NCBI GenBank assembly: GCA_937901015.1
Contig: CALCGQ010000335.1
Span: 1 to 62,108 of the forward strand
Length of the DNA stretch: 62,108 nucleotides
Origin: an uncultured Bacteroidota bacterium
Lineage (GTDB): Bacteria; Bacteroidota; Bacteroidia; Bacteroidales; F082
Reading direction: 5' to 3'
The position numbers were made by a program, and so were the translations under genes. Shown piece after piece: positions 28,464 through 36,027 of this stretch; positions within the stretch are counted from its first letter, which is position 1, and each line of letters opens with the position of its first letter. The notes under the pieces were generated by a model. That model saw only the letters and a list, made by a program, of their open reading frames with translations, was not told where the DNA came from and made no database searches.

Positions 28464-31400
28464 CTAATGGGCAATAATAACCCTAGAAAAATACCTCTTT
28501 GATCCCGAATTCAGAATCAATGTATAGTATCCTGAATTCAAGTGTTTCAAATTTAAAGGAATCACATTAGCATCTGATAATTCAAACCCATCACCATTAT
28601 AGACTATAGTTCCTTTTGAATCCATAACTTCAATATTGAATTCTTGTATTTGATTATTAAGTAGCTTAATATTTATTAATCCACTACTTGGAACGGGAAA
28701 CACTTCCATAACTTCTTCTGCATTATCATATAAGCCTGTGCAGTTGACAAAATCAATCTCTATTTCACGTAAACTTGTACACTCAAATAAATTAGTTACC
28801 TGAACACTGTAGGTCTGTATTCCAAATCCATAATTTACTGTATCAACTTCAATGGTACGTGTTATATCCCCTGTTGACCACAGATATATATCACCATCAT
28901 CTCCAGCATCCAATACAATTATTTCTGATCCGCAATAACTAGTATCTACTCCAAGATTAACCTCTGGTGCCGGTAAAGTATATACAAAAACAGAATCCGT
29001 AGCAGTGTGATCACCATCCTGAATTTCTACTATATACCAAGTAGGAACCGTTGGTATTGCAAAAGGTCTAGGTTTTACAGAAGTAAATCCGACGGGAATT
29101 GAAGACCATGAATATGTAATTGAATCAAATGACCCTGTAACGCTTGCTTCCACACGTATTAATGATCCTGAGCATATGGTATCTGGCTCCGCTTGCACAT
29201 CAATAACAAGATGGTCCACCCGAAGACTAACTGGTATCTGAACTATTCCAGACAATGGATCATTGGAGGATATCATTAAGTTAGTTGAGTAATCTCCAGG
29301 AGGAAGATCAACTGCATTAAAATTAACCCATACTCTGCTTGTATCTTGGGGTACGACCGTATCCTGGGTTCTACTTAAGTCCATCCATGCATGAATAACT
29401 ACAGTATAGTCTTCAACTTCTCCAAAGAAAGTGTTTCCACAAGGACTCAAATCTCCTGAATACGTTAACCTTACTCGCATCTTAGTAGAACCTGTTACAG
29501 AACCCGGTGGTGGAATGATAGTACCAGAGAAAATAGGTGAACCAGGTGATCCATTAAGCTCTAAAAGCTCTGTATCATCAAAAACTCCATCAATATTCCA
29601 ATCTATCCAAACCCCGCACTTATCCAAATCATATGGCTCACCGTTTGTTACAATAATATCATAATTATTACCAACTTTCATAATGGTTTCCATTTCTGAA
29701 TAATCGGTATAATTATCATTACCTGTATTAACATTACTAATGTCACCTACCTCAACTCCGCTAATATACTCATCTCCAATTTCACTACCACCGCTGGCAT
29801 CACAATATGTAAGGATCTTATTTTGAGTGGAATTCAAGCTAATATTATATTCCAAATTAAGCTGTCCGTTATTAACGATAACCAGCTCATGTTCCGAATG
29901 TCTTCCAACGGCAATGTGATCAGTAATTGAATCCGGGGAAACATTCATTATAACACCTCCCCATTGTAAAGAAATACCAGAAGCACCTGATTCAATATCG
30001 CCATCATAGTATGCAGTAACTCTATATCTATAAAGTCCATATTCTGGAAGCATTTCTGAAAATGCAGTATCTATGGTTGACCCAATTGAATCGCCATCTC
30101 GGTAAACAATAAATCCTAAAAAACCTGGTGCCTCTTCATATGTCCAGCTAAGCTTAGCCTCACCGGAATCAAAAAGCACCTCACCCATTAGATCAATGGG
30201 TCGGTTAACAGGGCTAGTTTCATAGGGCGAACAAAATGACATTGCATAACCAAGTCTGTTATCTGTCCATACGGGGTAAACTACTCCATTTTTAGCATGA
30301 ATACCCAGATAATCACCCATGTAACTATCTGCTAAGCCAGGTATTGGTGCTGGAGTAAAGCTAACATCACTAACTTTAAATTCCTCCCAGTTTTCACCAC
30401 CATCAACTGAGTTTGCACAATAAACCTCGCAACTACTGTAAATCACATCTCTATCATCGTAATAAACCATACTCAGAATACCGGTTGTAGGATCACATGT
30501 AATCCATTGCATAAAATGTTGTTTTCCTTCATTTGGTACACTATAATTTACCTTTAAGGGATCACTCCATGTTTCACCCATATCTATGGATTTTATCAGA
30601 TAAACATCCACATCATAACCGTTATTAATTCCTGGAACTCCTTTATTTGCCCATGTAACATAAATAGTCCCTCGGTCAGCATAGTTACTATTATCAACCG
30701 TAGAAACAGGAAAAGAGTTCACTCTCATATTTTTACTGGTTCCTGAAGCTCTAATACCTCTTATATCAGTGATTATCCTTTTAGCAGGTTCCCATGTAAC
30801 ACCTCCATCTAAAGATTTTGCCATACCAATTGCACTTTCGTCACTTCCTCCTGATGGCCAACTATCGTAAATTGCCCATACTGCGTAAACTTCACCATCC
30901 GGACCTGTGCTTATGTGAACCCCTTGGTTATGGCTTCCTGCATTAACTTCTGAACTGATATCTGTATTAATATTCCATGTTTCACCATCATCCGTCGAAT
31001 AGCTAAATCCAATTTCTCCCAAAGCAAGATCACTAAAGTTGGTCCATGCTACATAAAGGTTTCCTTCATATGGACTATCAGGATTGTTATCGATCCACAT
31101 ATGGTTTTTATCGCAGTTAATGGATGGGTTTGGAGATGCGTTCTTAACTATCCAACTCTCACCATTATCATCAGAATAAGAAACGCCCATCCCAGAACTA
31201 CCATTGATATAATTAATATACCACCTTCCATTTAAGCCAATTGTTGCGGCGGGATCCCCAAAATTCTCTTCCCCTGCTCCCTCAATATCACCATCCCATG
31301 TGGTACCAGAGTTATTAGAATAAAAAGAATTAGCCCCAAAAGTAGTATCAATGGGATTGGTTGCTGAATTATTTGAGTTTATAAGATTTGTTTCATCCAA

Positions 31401-31700
31401 TGGATTAATAAAAACAGAATTTTCACTTTGAATACAATTAATTTCGGTAACAGGAACATCGGGAGAATCTAGGGTTGAGACTGTTTTTGCACGTATTTTA
31501 CTACCAGTAAATGTAGCTGACTTGACTCTTACCTCCGGATTGTAAGGAACAATTCCTTTTGCGGCTAATCGAGTCCAATATCCCTGATTATCAATGCGAG
31601 TATCAACTTTTTCTGTAATAGAATTGTTAATTGCCCTGTTTGTAGCATACCCCAAGGCCAGGATTACTGTAATTGATAATAATACTTTTATGATTTTCAT
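28464..31700 (-). CDS. T9SS cargo: six-Asp-box (BNR) beta-propeller + FN3-like + GEVED domain + Ig-like modules + CTD
   Basis: Asp-boxes are SNNSGTTW, SYSDDNGESW, YSTDDGETW, KSLDGGVTW, KSIDMGETW and NSVDGGENW. The GEVED motif (FGEVEDYTVV) is encoded at 29409-29423. There is one YLWS module (28740-28976). The CTD is EVFPVPSSGLINIKL...YYTLILNSG. Confidence 0.85.
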   Translation of the reverse strand: MKIIKVLLSITVILALGYATNRAINNSITEKVDTRIDNQGYWTRLAAKGIVPYNPEVRVKSATFTGSKIRAKTVSTLDSPDVPVTEINCIQSENSVFINPLDETNLINSNNSATNPIDTTFGANSFYSNNSGTTWDGDIEGAGEENFGDPAATIGLNGRWYINYINGSSGMGVSYSDDNGESWIVKNASPNPSINCDKNHMWIDNNPDSPYEGNLYVAWTNFSDLALGEIGFSYSTDDGETWNINTDISSEVNAGSHNQGVHISTGPDGEVYAVWAIYDSWPSGGSDESAIGMAKSLDGGVTWEPAKRIITDIRGIRASGTSKNMRVNSFPVSTVDNSNYADRGTIYVTWANKGVPGINNGYDVDVYLIKSIDMGETWSDPLKVNYSVPNEGKQHFMQWITCDPTTGILSMVYYDDRDVIYSSCEVYCANSVDGGENWEEFKVSDVSFTPAPIPGLADSYMGDYLGIHAKNGVVYPVWTDNRLGYAMSFCSPYETSPVNRPIDLMGEVLFDSGEAKLSWTYEEAPGFLGFIVYRDGDSIGSTIDTAFSEMLPEYGLYRYRVTAYYDGDIESGASGISLQWGGVIMNVSPDSITDHIAVGRHSEHELVIVNNGQLNLEYNISLNSTQNKILTYCDASGGSEIGDEYISGVEVGDISNVNTGNDNYTDYSEMETIMKVGNNYDIIVTNGEPYDLDKCGVWIDWNIDGVFDDTELLELNGSPGSPIFSGTIIPPPGSVTGSTKMRVRLTYSGDLSPCGNTFFGEVEDYTVVIHAWMDLSRTQDTVVPQDTSRVWVNFNAVDLPPGDYSTNLMISSNDPLSGIVQIPVSLRVDHLVIDVQAEPDTICSGSLIRVEASVTGSFDSITYSWSSIPVGFTSVKPRPFAIPTVPTWYIVEIQDGDHTATDSVFVYTLPAPEVNLGVDTSYCGSEIIVLDAGDDGDIYLWSTGDITRTIEVDTVNYGFGIQTYSVQVTNLFECTSLREIEIDFVNCTGLYDNAEEVMEVFPVPSSGLINIKLLNNQIQEFNIEVMDSKGTIVYNGDGFELSDANVIPLNLKHLNSGYYTLILNSGSKRYFSRVIIAH

Positions 31701-31776
31701 GATCTTCCCAAATATTCGACATGCAATATAATACTATATTGATTATTAAACATCCAGGATAGTTGCACCAATAAAA

Positions 31777-31810
31777 AAAGGGTTGCCCGTTTCAATCCGG
31801 ACAACCCTTT
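31777..31810 (-). terminator. intrinsic terminator of the S8 peptidase gene
   Basis: The arms are AAAGGGTTG...CAACCCTTT (9 bp) plus an inner CCG/CGG pairing. A T-run follows on the sense strand. The 9-bp arms are identical to those at 35001-35033. Confidence 0.65.
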
Positions 31811-32804
31811 TTAATTTTATTAATTCTTATTATTTCCTCAAAACAATTGTTGAAGATTTGTAAGATCCTTCTTTTACTATTGTTAAGGTATATATGCCAT
31901 CTGAATAATCAGACAAATCAACCTTTTGTGTATGTGAACCTGAGATAACAATATCATTGATCTCTTGAATAACTTTACCACTAACATTTGTAATTCTAAT
32001 AACTACAGGTTTATTGGATTCGCTGGTTAGATCCATGGTTATTATTCCTGATGTTGGATTTGGATATACTTTTATATCAACATCTGATAATTCATTAATT
32101 CCTGTACAGTCAACAAATTCAAGACTAATTTCACCAATGTTATTACATCCCGATGTATTAGTTACATCAACATAGATATCCTGTGTTCCATAACCATAAC
32201 CCACTGTATCAATTAGAATTGATTGTGTTGTTTCAAGATTAGACCAAAGATATGCTGAACCAGCGTTACCAGCATCTAAGGTAATAGTGGTTCCTGCGCA
32301 AAGAGTTGTATCTGACCCTAATTCAACAATTGGAATTTCGGCAAAGTCAACATAAACTGTATCATAGCCCTTACATCCATTCTCATTTGTAACTTCAGCC
32401 CAGAACATGGTAACTCCACTGCCACTTCCCATTATTGTTTGTGTTACTTCGTCAGTTGACCATAAGTAATCAGATCCAGGATTACCTGCATCAAGATCGG
32501 TTTGAGTTTCCCCACAAAGCACTTCATCAGTACCAAGATCAACTTCTGGCAATTGATTAACAGTTACAAACACAGATTTATCAAGGGTTACAGAACCACT
32601 ACTAACCGACACAAAGTAGGTGGTATTTTCTTCAGGTTCAACCATTGGGGATGCCTCATCTGAGACAAAACCCTCAGGAACTGAAGTCCAAGAGTATTGA
32701 TAAGTCCCCAATCCTCCAACAGCCTCTGCTGTAAGTTGAGTATTGGAACCAAAGCAAATAACTTCTGGATCAGCTGATGCTGCAAGTGTCATATCCGTTA
32801 CATG
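31777..32804 (-). repeat. dispersed repeat copy A: 3' 975 nt of the S8 gene plus its terminator
   Basis: Collinear and ungapped with 35001-36027 (offset 3223 nt in the coding part). The encoded 324 aa are 248/324 identical by my column count. Confidence 0.85.
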
Positions 32805-34853
32805 CATTGTTAAATCAACATATACATTTGTATTAACCATGTCATTTGTAACAAAGTTTAATGTTTCGGTATATGTTCCAAGCTCTTTATCTGTTGAGTT
32901 AAATTTAAGTACAACATTCATGGAGTCACCTACTAATATTACTCCATTATCAGGTTCAACAGTAATCCAGTCAGCAATAGCTACATTTCTAAAGAATGGT
33001 GAAAGAGAGTAATCAAGATCAAGAACACCCATATTCTTTACTACCATGATGTGATCTTCAGTTTCATTTGGCATAATAGCAGATGTAAATGAACCTGGAT
33101 ATACTTCTATTGTTGATGAACCCCACTGAGTTTGCTTCACAACAGGGTCTGATTCGTCGGTTCCACCATAATATGCTGTAATCTCATATAAATAATAATC
33201 ATAGCCAGGTAACTGGTCAGTGAAATCCATGCTGGCAGATGTGTCTATCTCAATCCCATCTCTATAAATCTTAAAATATTCAAACCCTAATCCACCGGGA
33301 TGATCCCATGTCATTGATGATTCACCGGTTTCCTGATTGGTTTCAATTTGCAGATTGATTGGAGAATACATTTCAATTAAGCTATTTATGGCAACCAAAG
33401 CATCTACCCTACCTGCTCCATATAAATTATCCTTACCAGTTGCTCCAAGATCAACGGCAGTTGTTTCCAATGCAATATTAATTGCTGCAGGGGTCAAACT
33501 TGGCACCTTTGACATCAATAATGCCATAATTCCAGCAACTCCTGGAGTAGCCATTGATGTACCACTCATTGAGGTGTAACCATTAATATTAAATGCATTA
33601 CAGGATTTTATATTAACTCCTGGTGCACATACATCGGGTCTTATTAACCCTAACTCAGGATTAAAAGGATAATCATTAAATGGGCTTATGGCCTCCCAAT
33701 CTGATGGGCCTCTAGCAGAAAAAGATGCAAGATTATCATTGTTATCAGTAGCTCCAATACATATACATGCAGAAATACCACCGATTAAGGTTTGATCGGG
33801 ATTTAGCCATGGTGGCGGACAATCTCCGGGTGTTCTAACATCATCAGGATTACTTGGAGATCCTCCCTCATTACCTGCAGCTATTGCAGCAACCACTCCA
33901 GCTGCGAGTGCATTATCAAGTGTTTCTCTCCAGGTAGACCTTGCAGGATTGTATGCATGCATCCAACCAATTGACATGCTCAATATATCAACATCATAGT
34001 CAATGGCAAACTCAATCGCTTCCCAACTATCTGATTCTGCTCCACCTCCCTGATCGTTAAGTATTTTCAATGCCATTATAGTAGCATCCGGAGCCATACC
34101 TGTTTGCGAGCCTGCAGTTCCATCACCAGCTATTGTACCTGCACAATGTGTTCCATGCCCATGATTATCCATGGGATCATTGTCGTTGTATGCAAAATCA
34201 TACCCATGGTTAGGATAATCTGGATGATCCCACATATGATCTTCCAAATCTGCATGATTATAGTTTACACCTACATCAAGCACAGCTACAATAACACCCT
34301 GACCAGTGTAACCAAGATCCCAAACTGCCGGTGCATTAACTTTTATTACATTATTTGTGATTTCATTGATTCCATGGGTCTGATTAGGATCATCATCGAT
34401 ACCAGATTTTTCACCAATGAGCATGTATCTTATCTCATCATGATCTATTCTTTCAATATCTTGCCTATGACTTAATTCATCTATAACACCTGATGTTGCC
34501 TTACAGCTAACAACATTTGTTATCCAGAAATAATGCCCTTCCTCAATATTATTAGTTACTGCTTTACTAGATAGAAATTGCTTAAGACTACTTTGTGAAT
34601 TCTCAGTAAATGCCTTAAGCTCAGTCTTAACAAACTCTCTTTTATTATCAGAATGCATTCCCATAGTTCTTTTAAAAAGCTCATTTGTGGGATATTTATC
34701 AGAGAGGAAAATATTTATTGGTATTAATTCATCACTACTTGAACTAATCATTTTCTGACTGAGGTCCTCAGAAATAACTTCAGTTGCTTGTGAATTTTGC
34801 GAATAAGCTGCAATGGAAATCATTAGCAGCAGAACATAAGTAAGTTTTCTCAT
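31830..34853 (-). CDS. T9SS cargo: subtilisin-family (S8) serine peptidase + FN3-like + Ig-like modules + CTD
   Basis: Signal peptide ...IAAYS|Q. The catalytic triad contexts are VAVLDVGV (Asp), HGHGTHCAGTIAG (His) and SGTSMATPGVAG (Ser). The N-terminal ~130 aa look like a propeptide. The CTD is KVYPNPTSGIITMDL...IYTLTIVKEG. Confidence 0.9.
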   Translation of the reverse strand: MRKLTYVLLLMISIAAYSQNSQATEVISEDLSQKMISSSSDELIPINIFLSDKYPTNELFKRTMGMHSDNKREFVKTELKAFTENSQSSLKQFLSSKAVTNNIEEGHYFWITNVVSCKATSGVIDELSHRQDIERIDHDEIRYMLIGEKSGIDDDPNQTHGINEITNNVIKVNAPAVWDLGYTGQGVIVAVLDVGVNYNHADLEDHMWDHPDYPNHGYDFAYNDNDPMDNHGHGTHCAGTIAGDGTAGSQTGMAPDATIMALKILNDQGGGAESDSWEAIEFAIDYDVDILSMSIGWMHAYNPARSTWRETLDNALAAGVVAAIAAGNEGGSPSNPDDVRTPGDCPPPWLNPDQTLIGGISACICIGATDNNDNLASFSARGPSDWEAISPFNDYPFNPELGLIRPDVCAPGVNIKSCNAFNINGYTSMSGTSMATPGVAGIMALLMSKVPSLTPAAINIALETTAVDLGATGKDNLYGAGRVDALVAINSLIEMYSPINLQIETNQETGESSMTWDHPGGLGFEYFKIYRDGIEIDTSASMDFTDQLPGYDYYLYEITAYYGGTDESDPVVKQTQWGSSTIEVYPGSFTSAIMPNETEDHIMVVKNMGVLDLDYSLSPFFRNVAIADWITVEPDNGVILVGDSMNVVLKFNSTDKELGTYTETLNFVTNDMVNTNVYVDLTMHVTDMTLAASADPEVICFGSNTQLTAEAVGGLGTYQYSWTSVPEGFVSDEASPMVEPEENTTYFVSVSSGSVTLDKSVFVTVNQLPEVDLGTDEVLCGETQTDLDAGNPGSDYLWSTDEVTQTIMGSGSGVTMFWAEVTNENGCKGYDTVYVDFAEIPIVELGSDTTLCAGTTITLDAGNAGSAYLWSNLETTQSILIDTVGYGYGTQDIYVDVTNTSGCNNIGEISLEFVDCTGINELSDVDIKVYPNPTSGIITMDLTSESNKPVVIRITNVSGKVIQEINDIVISGSHTQKVDLSDYSDGIYTLTIVKEGSYKSSTIVLRK

Positions 34854-34914
34854 ATTATTTATCTGTAGATAAGTTTGACATAATTATGACAACCAATTTT
34901 TAAATTAGTTGCCG

Positions 34915-34922
34915 CAAAAATA
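34915..34922 (-). promoter_or_regulatory. candidate -7 box for the S8 peptidase gene
   Basis: Plus-strand CAAAAATA equals sense TATTTTTG. It lies 62 nt upstream of the ATG at 34853. Confidence 0.35.
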
Positions 34923-34943
34923 ACAAAATCATATTGTGAGCGA

Positions 34944-34979
34944 TTTGGCATAGAAATAAGACAATGTGGTAATGCCAAA
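34944..34979. repeat. 8-bp inverted repeat TTTGGCAT...ATGCCAAA with a 20-nt loop
   Basis: It lies in the spacer between the 1150-aa gene's terminator and the candidate S8 promoter. Confidence 0.5.
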
Positions 34980-35000
34980 ATGATGAGACTATTTCAAAAA

Positions 35001-35033
35001 AAAGGGTTGCCCAATTAAATCAGACAACCCTTT
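35001..35033 (-). terminator. intrinsic terminator of the 1150-aa BNR/GEVED gene
   Basis: The arms are AAAGGGTTG...CAACCCTTT (9 bp) with a 15-nt loop. An 8-T run follows on the sense strand. Confidence 0.65.
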
Positions 35034-36027
35034 CAATATATTATGATTAATCTTACTTCCTCAAAACAATTCTTTTAGATTTAGATAATCCATCTTTTAG
35101 AATTGTTATTGTGTAAATACCATCGGAATATTCTGATAAGTCTACTTTCTGTGTATGTATACCTGATATTAAAATATCATCAATTTCTTTTACCACTTTT
35201 CCGCTAATATTTATGATTCTTATTGCTACAGGTTTATTGGTTTCACCACTTAGACTTATGGAGAAAACACCTGTGCTAGGATTAGGATAAACCTCCATAT
35301 CAACATCAGTTAACTCATTAATTGATGTACAGTCAACAAAATCAACACTTATTTCACCAATATTATCACAACCCGATTGATTAGTTACATCAACATAAAT
35401 ATCCTGAGGTCCATATCCAAAACCTAAAGTATCTAGCATGATAGTTTGAGTTGTTTCAAGATTAGACCACAAATAAGTTGAGCCAGAATTGCCAGCATCA
35501 AGAGTGATAGTAGCACCACCACATAGAGTTGTATCTGAACCTAATTCAACAACTGGAATTTCTGCAAAGTCAACATATACTGTATCATAACCTATACAAC
35601 CATTTTCATTGGTTACTTCTGCCCAGAACATAGTAACTCCGCTTCCACTTCCTATTATTGTTTGTGTTATTTCGTCGGTTGACCACAAGTATTCGGAACC
35701 TGTATTACCTGCATCAAGTTCAGTTTGAGTTTCTCCGCAAAGCACTTCGTCTCCACCAAGATCAACTGCTGGTAGTTCATTCACAGTTATAAACACCGAT
35801 GCTTCAAGTGTCATGGAACCATCAGTAACCGCGACAAAATAAGTAGTATTTTCTTCAGGTGTTACAATAGGTGTGGCATAGTCTGAGGTAAATCCTTCTG
35901 GAATCGACGTCCAAGAATATTGGTATGATCCCAATCCTCCATTTGCTACAGCATTTAGTTGTGTACTTGAACCTAAGCAAATAACATCAGGGTCAGCGGA
36001 TGCTGTTAGAGACATATCAGTTACATG
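35001..36027 (-). repeat. dispersed repeat copy B: 3' 975 nt of the 1150-aa gene plus its terminator
   Basis: See copy A. Both modules start at the codon for H of HVTDM(T/S)L (32802-32804 and 36025-36027). Confidence 0.85.

Noticed and set aside
28464-31700. Calling the two Asp-box proteins sialidases/neuraminidases.
   Set aside because: Asp-boxes alone are not diagnostic. I see no F/YRIP motif before the first Asp-box and cannot verify an Arg triad by eye. I therefore left them as BNR-propeller proteins of unknown specificity.
31777-36027. The duplicated 1-kb segments as copies of an insertion sequence or other mobile element.
   Set aside because: Both copies are in-frame 3' portions of functional-looking genes plus their terminators. 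There are no terminal inverted repeats, target-site duplications or transposase ORFs. Divergence of about 23% at the protein level argues against a recently active element.
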